Positions 24,390 through 35,869 of a stretch of DNA of 40,591 nt are shown piece by piece; the stretch's first letter is position 1, and the number at the start of each line of letters is the position of its first letter. The stretch covers positions 3,666,981 through 3,707,571 of the forward strand of contig NC_057760.1 in assembly GCF_004010195.1 (NCBI RefSeq), given 5' to 3'. The position numbers and the translations under genes were made by a program. Below the pieces are notes generated by a model, which had not been told where the DNA came from, did no database searches, and saw only the letters and a list, made by a program, of their open reading frames with translations. Source of the DNA: Chiloscyllium plagiosum. Lineage: Eukaryota.

Positions 24390-24651
24390 GTGTATGGCCA
24401 AAATATGGTGAGGAAACAATTGAGTATAGGAGTTGGGAGGCTATGGTAGGGATGTGCAGGACATTGGTCAGGCCACTTTTGGGATATTGCGTTCAATTCT
24501 GTAGGAAGTAAGTTATTAAACTTGAGGGGGTGCAGAAAAGATTTGCCAGGATGTTACTGGGACTTCGGGTTGAGTTGTAAGGAGAGTCTGAATAGACTGG
24601 GACTATTTTCCTTCCAGTGTTTGGAGAGTGAGGGGTGACCTTATTGTTTTT
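24390..24651 (+). mobile_element. CR1 LINE 3' region, left half (ERV target)
   Basis: IEYRSWEAMVGMCRTLVRPLLGYCVQF; ends aggggtgaccttattgttttt and resumes at 32346. Confidence 0.85.
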
Positions 24652-25370
24652 TGTGAGAAACAAAGCCCACACACTTCAATAATCAGACAAAATCTCGGAC
24701 TACAATCAGCAGTGTCCTTTATTTTACACTTGCAGGAGTGTGTTGTCCAGTGTCTATAAGGCAGAGGACATACACACACCAAATTCAATTCATACACAAT
24801 ATTTATATAATTTGGTTTCTTTTGTTTTACATTGCTCCTCCCCTGTTTACATCTTCCACTTCCCTAAGACCTGCCCCCATTACCCCTGTTTATCTCTTGC
24901 CTTATCCGGCCTTGTCTGTGACAAAATGTTTACTTCTAGCCTCACAAGGCCAATGTAGACCATTGTTAAGCATATTCTTTCTTCATCATTATCTACCCCC
25001 TCCATCTGTGCCTTTCCCGAGGCCATTCTGATCCCTATGACCCTTTTAATCGGGATTTGTTCCTGTGTCTCTGTAAAAGTGGGAAACAGACATTTATACC
25101 TACTGTTTGTACAGGCGTATCTAGTTTAACTTCATCCCCTCACAACATCTTATCTATTTGCCCGTAATATCTACCATTGTTTTGCTATCACGTTTCATTC
25201 TGGCATACAATTTTAGCTAATACAAAAACAATTATATATTTCCTCCACATCGTTTCCAATCTTGTTGACTCAGCTCTTGGCTAAAACAATTACACACTGG
25301 TGTGAGTTCATTTACTTTTATATAATCAATTAGAATTGCAGAAGTAACATTAATTTACCTATATCCCACA
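24652..25370 (-). repeat. ERV 3' LTR (719 bp)
   Basis: Minus strand TGTGGGA...TTTCTCACA; candidate TATA at ~24801-24810; AATAAA at 24718-24723. Confidence 0.95.
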
Positions 25371-25372
25371 AT

Positions 25373-25387
25373 TTCCCCTTTTTCTTT
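25373..25387 (-). other. Polypurine tract
   Basis: aaagaaaaaggggaa lies 2 nt before the 3' LTR TG. Confidence 0.9.
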
Positions 25388-25419
25388 AATTACCATTTGT
25401 TATCTTCTGTATTTTTCTT

Positions 25420-27101
25420 TTAAGCATCGCCCCCGAAATTCACAAGCATCATACCGGAGATTTCATCCATCTTGGTCTCACTCATCTCCTCATTATTTAG
25501 TCGATAAAGTTCCTCTGCCTGATTCCCTTTCAGGAGCACCTGTTTCATTAAGGCTGTCTCAAGCAGTCTTTGGGTGAGCCCTCATATACAGGGTATACAA
25601 CAGCCAATGGCCACCAATTCCTCCTAACATCACACACACACATCCTTTTTCTGCTAAAATCATATCAAGGGCCATTCTGTTCCCCCATGCCATCCTACTT
25701 GTCGCATCAAGCTGGTCTGATATTCTTTTAACAGCATCACTTGTATAATTTATAAATTGCTGTTGATTATAGAAAATGTAATTTATCCAATCTACATTTT
25801 TATTAATTGTTACCCACCAAAAGAGAGCTGACTCAAAGCCTGCTGCAATCTGGTTACGAGCCTTGAATTCATCAGGTACCCCCGCCCCAGGGACTCCTAC
25901 CGAATCGAGATAAATCCTGTCGTCGAAAGAAGTGTCTAACAGTAATCTCTTACCCCTTCCCTTTTTCCCTACTATCTTTTCCTTCTCAAATGCCAGGGTA
26001 AATGGAATTGCCAATTGTATAATTACACATATCCCTCTCCAATCTGGAGGTAGGGTGGGTCTCAATATTTTGCCTCCACAGTGCCACCACAGATCCGCTC
26101 GGGGAACCTTTAGTGCTGAATAGTTCCCTCTTTTCTCCGTTTCGGTAATATTTTTAATCTCTGTACATAATTTCAGCTCCCCCAAATCTCTAGACCGACT
26201 TGTATCTCGTTAACGCACACACGACATGTGATTTCCAACTGCAGCGGAAAATGTGGGGGCAACTTTTGCATCTTTCTTCTCCAAGGGAGGGAACATCAGA
26301 GATAGGGAGGTACAATTCCTATCATTCCATGCAGTCTCATCCTGAATCAGGGCTATCATACATTTCATGCCCTTCCTGTCTCGCTTCCACCCGAGCGGAA
26401 AGGAAACCACTTGGGCCACTGGCCGACCAGAGGCACATGCATAGCAATTGCTCTCGTTCAGACTTTTTACAGTATACTTTACCCATTCAACCCAGGCATT
26501 TGCATCCCCGTACCCAGTTTCTATTTCAATGGTCTGTTTCAAGTCCTTTACCTCTATAATTTTTACTACTTTAGGATCAGCGGGAGGGGTGAAAGGTTGT
26601 AGCTCATTATCCAGTAGTTCCATCCATTTTCCCTGTCCTACACTAATTCGAAAACAACAGCCCAAGAAATCCTTCCCATTTGTTTTCATTTCTATCCCAA
26701 ATGTTTCATTTAATTGTATCTCATAGGTGCCCCCCCCACCCCCGAATTGCTTCGTGCCATGTGCTTTTCCTTATTGATAGGTATATTGGGATACACTTTT
26801 TATCGGGACAATTGCGAGCTGGTTTGTAGGGGGCCCGGTGTACTGTGACGAGACCATTATACCAAGTACCATCCCCAAGGCCAGCCCCATAGGACTTAAG
26901 ATGTATCTCAGAGCTACGGTACTGTCTCTGATTATCTACATCCCCACAATTTACTAAGCTGCATGCATCAGCGTCTATTACTTGTAGATTATCAGACTCA
27001 GGAACTGTTAATGATACATATGAAAATGATATTTGACAAAATTCCAATACTAAGAGGGCTAGCATCATAACTCTAAGCATTCCCAGTATTCTAATCATCA
27101 T
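25420..27101 (-). pseudogene. env: ERV env (gamma-type; frameshift, stops, TM deletion)
   Basis: Hydrophobic leader, CxxC (SNCYAC), furin site RGKR, GVPDEFKARNQIAAGFES..NKNVDWINYIFYNQQ, immunosuppressive domain NRMALDMILAEKG. The tail GCCIPCI*GLTQRLLETAL lies in a shifted frame. Confidence 0.92.
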
Positions 27102-27179
27102 GCTGAAGCACAAAAAGACTTAATATACAATCTTACAGAAATAATCCCGCGCTCGTGTCGCCACTGTATAATCAGTTAC

Positions 27180-28386
27180 TCAAAGTCTCTTTAGTCTGAG
27201 TTTCAGCGGGTCTTGCGTTGATTCAGCTGTCCAGACTTCTTCCTCCACTGGAGGGTCCACTGGCCCTTTGATCCGAGTGTAGTGAGTCCAGCCTTTCTCC
27301 GCCGTCCTTATTGCCGTTTCGGTAGTCAAAAGAGCCTGGTATGGTCCTTCCCAGTCCGGCTGCAATTTAGTCTCTATCCATGATTTTACTAAGATCCAAT
27401 CGCCCGGCCGGATGGGATGAACGGTGAATTCAAGGGGCGGAGTCTGTGCCAATAAACCCTGTTTCCTGAGGAAAGACAGAGAGGAGGACAAGCCCAGTAT
27501 ATACTTCTTTAAGAACAAATCTTTAGTTTTGGGAATTGGTAATTCTCCATTCGTTCCCAGATAAGGTAATCCAAATAAGATTTCATAGGGGGATAATCCT
27601 AAATCTTTCCTCCTCCAAGGGACAGGCCCAAAAGGCATCCTTTAAATCTATCACACTAAACCATTTGTGGTCATGGGGGATCTTACTTAATAACATATAG
27701 GGATTTGGCACCACTGGGTGCCTGATCTGTACAATTTTATTCAATGTTCTCAAATCCTGCACCAATCGACAAGTTCCATCGGATTCCCGTACTGGTAGGA
27801 TTGGGGTATTATAAGGAGACATACATGGCTCCAACAGTCCATCTCTAATCAGTCCCTCAATTAGTCCTCGTGTACCTTCTATGGAAATGGGATATTGTCG
27901 CTCACTGACAATTTCCCCTTTCCTTTTTAAATTTACTTCAAGGGGAGGGATCTGTAGTCCTCCATGATTCCCTTCCCTAGCCCATACAATAGGGTCTATC
28001 TCTCTCTCCATATCCTCTGTCAACATTGGCATTTGTACAACTAATTCTTTTTCCTGAATTCCAAACTCCAGTCCTAAGAGGATAATTAAGTCTCTCCCTA
28101 GTAAGTTACTTCCTATATCAGGGATATACAGCAGTTCCCCTGTAACCTTATCCTTAGGACCTTCTATCATCATAGGTTCAAATACTGGAACAGTAAATCC
28201 TTTCCCTTTTACCCCCGAAACAGTAATTGACCATGTCGACATTTCTACTTTCTTTGGTTTAAAATTCAGCGATGATCGTGCTGCCCCCGTATCTACTAGG
28301 AAGACTACCTCTTCCCTATAGGGTCCCACCTTCAAGTTTATCAAGGCTTCCTGGTTGGTCCCCGAGGGCAAGAACCCCTGACACCC
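27180..28386 (-). pseudogene. pol: ERV pro-pol with large internal deletion (protease, RT N-terminus, integrase C-terminus)
   Basis: FLVDTGAARS, NLLGRDL, SPYNTPILPV, RLVQDLR, VIDLKDAFWACPL, then an out-of-frame jump near 27605 to GLSPYEILFG..WEGPYQALLTT. Confidence 0.93.
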
Positions 28387-29997
28387 CTATTCTTCATCAA
28401 AATTCATAAGCGGAATTGCTCTTTCTTCCCTTTGTAGATCAGGACACTCTCACCTAAAATGCCCTATCTTTCCACAATAATAGCATCCTTCCTGTGGAGA
28501 CTTCCATCTCTGCCCTTGTCGCTCAAACCCTCTATCAAATGCTCCCCCTTGTCCTCTCCCTCTCCCCTTTCCTCTCTGTCCTACATGCTGCCACCCGCCG
28601 CTCCGGTTGCTTAATATTGGTTCCATTCTTTTCTTAACTACCTCATCAACCGTAGCTACCATCATTTTCACCTTCTGCTTTTGTCTCTCATCCTCTCTCT
28701 TTACAAACACTTTCTGTGCCTCTCTCAACAATTCATCCAATGGTTCTTCATTCCACCCTTCTATCTTCTGTATCTTTTCCTTTATGTCTGGCCATGTCTT
28801 TGTCACAAAATGTACTTTCAAAGGACCCTGGACCACTGGGTCCTCAAGGTTCATTCCAGAGTATTTCCCCATTGAGTCTCTTAATCATTGCAAGAAAACT
28901 GAGGGAGTCTCACATTTCTCCTCTCTAACTGCAAAGGCTTTAGTCAAATTCTGCGACTTGGAACTGCTTCTCTTATTCCTTTTTGAAACAGGTCTTTCAA
29001 TTCCCTTCTCTATGCTCCGGGTTTTGATTTTCCCACTGGGGCTCTCTGAGGGGAAACTTCTTCTCTCTCTGTCCAGCTTCCCCATCCCCAATGGGATGCC
29101 ATCTTTCAATGGCTGCTCCTCGTATAAGTCCCCTTTCTTCCAAGGTAAATAGTATATTCAAAATAGACTTTAACTCAGTCCACGTATACAGACTGGGCCC
29201 CAAATAATGATCAATTTGTGCAGACAACCTACCGTATCCTCAACCAGGACCTTGATCTCCTTAAATATTCTGACCTCCCCACTGGCGAGGGGTTCTAACC
29301 CAATCTCTTTGTCCCCTATTGGTACCTCCAAAAGGGGATAAGTCTAAACGTTCTTAATTTTTTTGTTTTTGTTTCCCCCTTTAGACTTTGGTTTTGATAC
29401 TCTGGAGGCCTCCTCTATATCTACTTTATCTTCTCTTTATTTTGTTCAGGATTGACTGTCGGGAACAACAGCATCCCCGTCCACAGCCCCTTCGTCCTCC
29501 TCTTGTGGGTCATCCGTTCCCTTTCTCAGTCTGTCCGTTTGTCTCTCCTCCTCTCCCATTTTCACCTAATCTGATTTTATGGTACGGCGGGGGTTGGGGG
29601 TTGGGGGAAGCCGCCAAGAGGATCCCAGGGACAGGGTCGAGCAGAGGGGGAATCCCTTGTCTTTACTACCATCATTCTCAAACTGCTGTTCCAACAGGAC
29701 TCATAGTCCGCCTCTTCTTGACTAAAAGGTTGTTTCTCATTCATATACAAATCTAAATACTGACATACACATCCTTGTCTGAACCATACTTTGACCAGAG
29801 GACAGCCGGACGAAGGATTGGTTCTTTGGTCCATAAACAATAATATTTAATCATTTTCTTTTTATGTTTTTCCCTTGTACGAGTGCAACTTGTCCATTCC
29901 CGCAACATCCTCCCCAACGGACGTTCAGGAGGAATATTACCAGCGACTTTTTCCTCCTTTACTCCGTGACAGTTCTACTTTCTCTGCCTACCCCCGT
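28387..29997 (-). pseudogene. gag: ERV gag (frameshifted; MA, CA, single CCHC knuckle), ending in an in-frame TAG before pro
   Basis: NIPPERPLGRML..CQYLDLYMNEKQPFSQEE; YTWTELKSILNILFTLEER; ETPSVFLQ; CYYCGKIGHFR*EC; ..MNFDEE-TAG(28387-28389)-GGGTGTCAGGGG in frame with the protease. Confidence 0.9.
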
Positions 29998-30099
29998 TTC
30001 TCGGGGCCCTCGCCAGTCCCACAGCGATTAAATACCCTTTTCCCAGCAATCAAGGCAATACTTAAATGTCAGTTTTCTTATCTTGGTCTGTGCACAGAG

Positions 30100-31281
30100 T
30101 CAAAAATTGATCAATTTGTTCAAACAACCCTACCGGATCCTCAACCAGGACCTTCATTTCCTTTTTAAATGTTCTGACCTCCCCACTGGTGAGGGGGGCA
30201 CTCACAAACCCAATCTCTTTGTCCCCTTTTGGTACCTCCCGAAGGGGATAAGTCATTACGTTCTTTCCCTTTTTCTTTTTTAAAGAAATATTGCAATATT
30301 TCTAGCTCCCCATAACTTCAAACATCAATTCATGCTTGACTAACTTTAAAGCCTGTTCCAAACTTGTAAATATATTTATATATTTACGTTCATTTATTCA
30401 GTATTTAGTATTTAAAATGTAAAATGCATACAGTTCCCAATTTTGAAATCCACTGTAATCACCCAGTTTTAGTCCCTTAATTTAAATCCCAAATTAGTTT
30501 TCTTAAGTAGTCCTGACCAATCATTGCTCAATTACAATACTATAGGTTGTGAAATAATCAGAGCTGCCTTAAAAGAATTTGTCTATTCAAGTTAAAAAAA
30601 AACTTCTAATGCATGAACAATGGCCGAATCCAAGGTCACAGATATTAACCATAGAATTTTGTTTTTACTACAATCAAATGTTGAACTGAAACTTCAACTG
30701 TCCTCCATAAATCACTTTTATGTAAAGATAAAAGAGATTAGTTAGAAACTGATAGTAAGGCAGTCATGACCTGTAAAAAGAACAGGAGTTATCATCATTT
30801 TTTTGTTCATAATCTCTATAGAATCCTTAACCTTAAAAGAAATCATATTAAGTTTCCATAATAAAAATCAGATTCAAAACAGCCCTAGAACTCAAGCTCC
30901 AGGGAATAAAACGCAAACATTCAATCACCAACAAACAAATGTGCATTCAAACCAAATCACAAAGGGTTAAACTTTCTACCAGCTGTACAGCTTTTTTCAT
31001 TCTCTCTCTCTCACTCATTGACATATAAATTCAGATATTTACAAACCCAGTCTTCGTCCGACTTGTACTTTGGCCAGAAGACGGCGGGATGAAGAATGGA
31101 TTCCTTCGTCCATACAAAGCAACAATATTTAATCATCTTTTTCCCTTGTACAAATATTATTTTGCCAATTCCACAACATCTTGCCCAACGGACTTTCTGG
31201 AGGTATGTTGTGAGGGACCCCGCCTCCATTTCCATTGCCTTGTTCGTCTTTTGTTTTCCGGGAGGCTTTTTCCTTACCCAC
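30100..31281 (-). pseudogene. Second, diverged partial gag copy (MA, AT-rich spacer, CA N-terminus) in the ERV leader
   Basis: 31011-31281: NIPPESPLGKML..KMIKYCCFVWTKE..FWPKYKSDEDWVCKYLNLYVNE. 30100-30256: YPLREVPKGDKEIGFVSAPLTSGEVRTFKKEM, homologous to 29208-29344. Confidence 0.85.
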
Positions 31282-31588
31282 GGCACAATCCATATTGTGT
31301 TCCTTCGTTAGTCCCTTATTAACTACTAAAACTCAATCCCGGCCACCAAGGCAATACTTAAAAGTCAATTTTCTTACCTTGGTCTGTGCACAGAGTTGCC
31401 TGGCCCCTTTTCGCCGTATTTTCTATCGACCTCCTCTCACTGTCTGATTCAGATGTCTCTCTTGTGGGATTCGTACCAGTTGCGCAAGGGAGCAGACCAA
31501 ACCGGGACACGAGACCGCTCCTCAATGGGGAATGGGATGCATCTTCCCAGTGTCCAGGGCCAGCCACTCCTCCTGGCGATGGAATAAC

Positions 31589-31606
31589 ATCCCGGACGAG
31601 CCCCCA
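31589..31606 (-). other. Primer binding site, tRNA-Pro
   Basis: TGGGGGCTCGTCCGGGAT, identical to the canonical 18-nt MuLV-type PBS-Pro, 2 nt after the LTR CA. Confidence 0.95.
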
Positions 31607-31608
31607 AT

Positions 31609-32345
31609 TGTGAGAAACAAAGCCCACACACTTCAATAATTGCAGTCCGAGACAAAATCTGAATCAGCAGTGTCCTTTATTTTACACTTGCAAGAGGGTG
31701 TGATGTCCAGTGCCTATAAGGCAGAGGACATACACACACCAAATTCAATTCATACACAATATTTATATAATTTGGATTCTTTTGTTTTACATTGCTCCTC
31801 CCCTGTTTACATCTTCCACTTCCCTAAGACCTGCCCCCATTACCCCTGATTATCTCTTGCCTTATCTGGCCTTGTCTGTGACAAAATGCTTTTTTCTGGC
31901 CTCTCAAGGCCATTTGACCTCATCCCACTGTAGATCATTGTTAGGCATATTCTTTCTTCATCATTATCTACCCCCTCCATCTGTGCCTTTCCCGAGGCCA
32001 TTCTGATCCCTATGACCCTTTTAATTGGGGTTTGTTCCTGTGTCTCTGTAAAAGTGGGAAACAGATGTTTATACCTACTGTTTGTACAGGCGTATCTAGC
32101 TTAACTTCATCCCCTCACAACATCTTATCTATTTGCCCGTAATATCTACCATTATTTTGCTATCACATTTCATTCTGGCATACAATTTTAGCTAATACAA
32201 AAACAATTATATATTTCCTCCACATTGTTTCCATTCTTGTTGACTCAGCTCTTGGCTAAAACAATTACACACTGGTGTGAGTTCATTGACTTTTATATAA
32301 TCAATTATAATTGCAGAAGTAACATTAATTTACCTACATCCCACA
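31609..32345 (-). repeat. ERV 5' LTR (737 bp)
   Basis: Direct repeat of 24652-25370, roughly 95-97% identical by eye with three indel sites. Confidence 0.95.
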
Positions 32346-32630
32346 TTTTTCATAAAATCATGAGAGGCATGGATTGGGTGAATAGCCAAGGTTTCTTTTT
32401 CTAAGGTGGTGGGGTGAAGTCTGAAACTAGATGGTGTAGGTTGAAGCTGAGAGGGGAAAGATTTAAAAGGGATATAAGGAGCATTTGTTTTCATGCAGAG
32501 GCTGGAATGGGCTGCCAGAGGAAGTGGAGGTGGTGGGTACAACTACAACATTTAAAAGGCATCTGGATGTATATATGGTTTAAAGGGCTATGGGCCAAAT
32601 GCAAATGGGACTCAGTCAGATTGGGCTGTC
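32346..32630 (+). mobile_element. CR1 LINE 3' region, right half
   Basis: cataaaatcatgagaggcatgga..KLRGERFKRDIR continues the element broken at 24651. Confidence 0.85.
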
Positions 32631-32649
32631 TGAAGTCATGAAACCTGTT

Positions 32650-33445
32650 AAAATACAAGCAAAACATAAATTGCTGGAAAAGCTTTGGGGGTCTGGCAGC
32701 ATCTGTGGAGAAAAATCAGAGCTGAGGTTTCATGTGAGGTGGCCCTTCCTTGGAACTGATGGTAGTAGGGAGAGTATTGGTTCCTGTGCAGAAGATGGGG
32801 TTGGGGACAGGGAGGGTGGATAATGGGTGTGGGTGGAGCCCGTGGGGAAGAGAGGGACAAGCAGTTGAACGGACTGAAGGCTGGGAGGGCGAATAGCTAT
32901 TGATGGGGACTTTGTGGCTAGCAATACGTTATGTATAATAGCAGGCCAGATTGTGCACTCCAGCTGACTCCTTTTTCCCTTTGCATGTTCATCCCCTACC
33001 AGGATGGTCTCAGGGCTCTCCACTTCTTCCTGAACTGACCCAATTCAGCACAAACCTCCTCCGGTTGGCCAAGCTCATCCTCACCCTGAACAATTTCTTT
33101 TTCAATTCCTCTCATTTTCTTAAGGTCAGAGGGGTGGCAATGGGTACCCACATGAGCCCCAGTTATGCCTGTCTCTTTGTGGGGTATGTGGAATGTTCCT
33201 TGTTCTATTCCCATTTCGCCCCCCCTCCCCACTTTCCACAACTCTTCCTCCAGTATGTCGACGGTATCTTCAGTGCTGTTTCCCTCTCCCATCCAGAATT
33301 GGAAAATTTTATCAATTTTTGTTTCAGACTTCCACCCTGCCCTCCTGTTCAATTGGCCCATGTCTGACTCCTCCCTTTCCTTCCTTGACATCTCTGTTTC
33401 CATTTCTGGGGATCGGCTAGCCTCTAATATCCACTACAAACCCAA
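32650..33445 (+). mobile_element. Decayed Penelope-like RT fragment preceded by an inverted pLTR
   Basis: LILTLNNFFFN..KVRGVAMGTHMSPSYACLFVGYVE..FLQYVDG; truncated at ~33445 by a CR1. Confidence 0.8.
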
Positions 33446-33454
33446 GGTAATTCC

Positions 33455-34130
33455 TTGAAACTGGAGTTGCAAGTAGATAGGATAGTGAAAAGAGCATTTG
33501 GTATGCTTTCCTTTATTGGTCATAGCATTGCGTATAGGAGTGGGAGGTCATATTGTACCTGTATAGGACATTGGTTAGGCCACTTTGGGAATATTGTCTG
33601 CAGTTCTGGTTTCCCTCCTATCATAAGGATGTTATGAAATTTGGAAAGGTTCAGAAAAGATTTACAAGGACGTTGCCAGGGATGGAGAGTTTGAGCCATA
33701 GGGAGAGGTTGAATACGCTAGGGCTGTTTTCACTGGAGTGTCGGAGGCCGAGGGGTGACTTTATGGAGGTTTATAAAATCAGGAGGGGCATGGATAGGGT
33801 AAATAGACAAGGTCCCCTCTTTGGAGTGAGGGAGTCTAAAACCAGAGGGCAGAGATTTAGGGTGAGAGGGAAAAACTTTAAAAAGCACCTAAGGGGCAAC
33901 TCTTTCATGCAGAGAGTGATGCGTATATGAAATGAGCTGTCAGAGGAAGAGGTGGAGGCTGGTACAATTACAGCATTTAAAAGGCATCTGGATGGGTTTA
34001 TGATTAGGAAGAGTTTAGAGGGATATGAGTCAAGTGCTGGCAAATGGGACTAGATTAGGTTAGACTATCTGCTCAACATGGAAGAGTTGGACAAAAGGGT
34101 CTGTTACTGAGCCATACATCTCTATGACTC
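33455..34130 (+). mobile_element. CR1 LINE 3' end
   Basis: YRTLVRPLWEYCLQFW..VQKRFTRTLPG..RGDFMEVYKI; tail ctctatgactc. Confidence 0.88.
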
Positions 34131-34199
34131 AAAGGTCAGTGCAGAGGAATTGAACTGAAGGGTTTGCTTGTGTGCTGTATGACTATGAGTCTATGAAGG

Positions 34200-35005
34200 C
34201 TAGAAAACAAGAGCAGAGATGTACAGCTGAGGCTGTATAAAGCTTTGGCCAGATTGTATTTGAAATATTGTAATAGAGTCATATCGCACTGAAACAGACC
34301 ATTTGGTCCCACTCATCCCTGCCAATCAGGTTTTCCAAACTAAAGTAGACCCATTTGCCTGGGTTTGGCCCATATCGCTCTAAGTCATTCTTATTCATGT
34401 ACCTGTCCAAATGTCTTTTAGATGTTGTGACTGTACCTGACTCTTTCACTTCCTCTGGCAGTTTATTCCATATACGTATCACCCTCTGGGTGAGCAGTTT
34501 TGAGCCCCATCTTTAAGGAAGGATGTGCTGGCTTTGGAGAGGGTCCAAGGAGGTTTTCAAGAATGGTTCCAGGGATGAAGCGCTTGTCATGAGGAGTAGT
34601 TCAGGCTCTGGGTCTGTGCTCGATGGAGTTTAGAAGGATGAGGTTGAATCTCTGAAACTTATAGGCCTGGATAAAGTGCATGTGGAGAAGATTTTATCGA
34701 CTCCTTGGAGAGACTAGGACCCAAGAGCAAGCCTCAGAGTGAAGGGCCAACTGTTTAGAACTGAAGTGAGGGGGAATTTTTTCAGCTAGAGAGTGGTGAA
34801 TCTTTGGAACTGATTGCTGCAAAAGGCTGTGGAGGCTAAGTCATTCATTGTATTTAAGGTAGATAGGTTCTTGATTAGTAAGGAGATTGAGCGTTATGGA
34901 GAGAAGGCAGGAGAATGGAATTGAGAAACATATCCGCTATGATCAAATGGTGGAGCAGACTTGATGGGCCAAATGGCCTAATTCTGTCCCGATATCTTAT
35001 GGTCT
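34200..35005 (+). mobile_element. CR1 LINE 3' end with a nested minus-strand CR1 tail (34278-34490)
   Basis: CR1-type 3' sequence ending gggccaaatggcctaattctg. The inner ORF 34279-34482 (IRIWNKLPEEV..KRHLDRYM) is in the opposite orientation. Confidence 0.7.
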
Positions 35006-35073
35006 AAGGCTGAGGGACAAATTTATAATTACCTTAGTCAAGGAATCAAGAGTAATGGAGATAAGGTGGGAAG

Positions 35074-35405
35074 TGGCCTGCTGGTACTATTGCTGGACTG
35101 TTAATCCAGAGATTCAGGTAATATTCTGGGGACCTGGGTTCAAGTCTCACCATGGCAAATGCAGAATTTGAATTCAGTAAAAAAAAATGGAATTAAGAAT
35201 CTAATGATAGCCATGAATCCGTTGTTGGAAAAATACATCTGGTTCACTAACGTCCTTGGGGAAGGAAACTGCCATTCTCACCTGGCCTTACCTACATGTG
35301 ACTCCAGCCCCACATGTGGTTGATTCTTAACTGCCCTCTGGGCATTTGCAAATGGATAATAAATGCTGACCCAGCCAGAGATGACTTCATTCCATGAATG
35401 AATAA
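35074..35405 (+). mobile_element. tRNA-derived SINE with LINE-type tail
   Basis: A box tggcctgctgg (35074), B box ggttcaagtct (35137), tail aataaatgctgacccagccag..ccatgaatgaat. Confidence 0.75.
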
Positions 35406-35869
35406 TTAAAATGTTTAAAGTAGAATAAGGATGATCAGATTAGCCATGATCTTACTGAATTTTGGAGCAAACTCATTGGATGGAATGGCCTCCTTCTGCT
35501 TCCAAATATTATGGTCTTAAATTTTGTTTCTTGGAAGGGAGTTCCATTGTAGAGAGCTGTCAGCTAATTCAGTGGCTAGCAGCCCTGCAGTTATAGTAAT
35601 GACACTGAAAGCTGTGACTACTGCTGGGACTACAGGCAGTTGAACCACATCCAGGAGGGATTTCGATAACAGAATCAGGACCCAGGTTCAATAGGTTGAT
35701 CTCATACTCTCCCACTCCCTTTGTGCAGGTGGTCACATAAAATCCAGACCATGGGTTCTGAGTAAGGAAGCCTGTAAATGACCAGGAACGAAGAAAGACA
35801 ATTACCAAAATAGGTGTGGAAGGGACAAAGTTGAGAGAAAAGGTTACTGGAGAGATCCTATTTTAATGG

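Larger units (their letters stand above)
24652..32345 (-). mobile_element. Defective class I (gamma/epsilon-like, HERV-I/IP-related) endogenous retrovirus, LTR-gag-pro-pol-env-LTR
   Basis: Paired LTRs with TG..CA ends, T-run target duplication (24647-24651 and 32346-32350), PBS, PPT, and gag/pro/RT/IN/env motifs in retroviral order. Confidence 0.95.
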
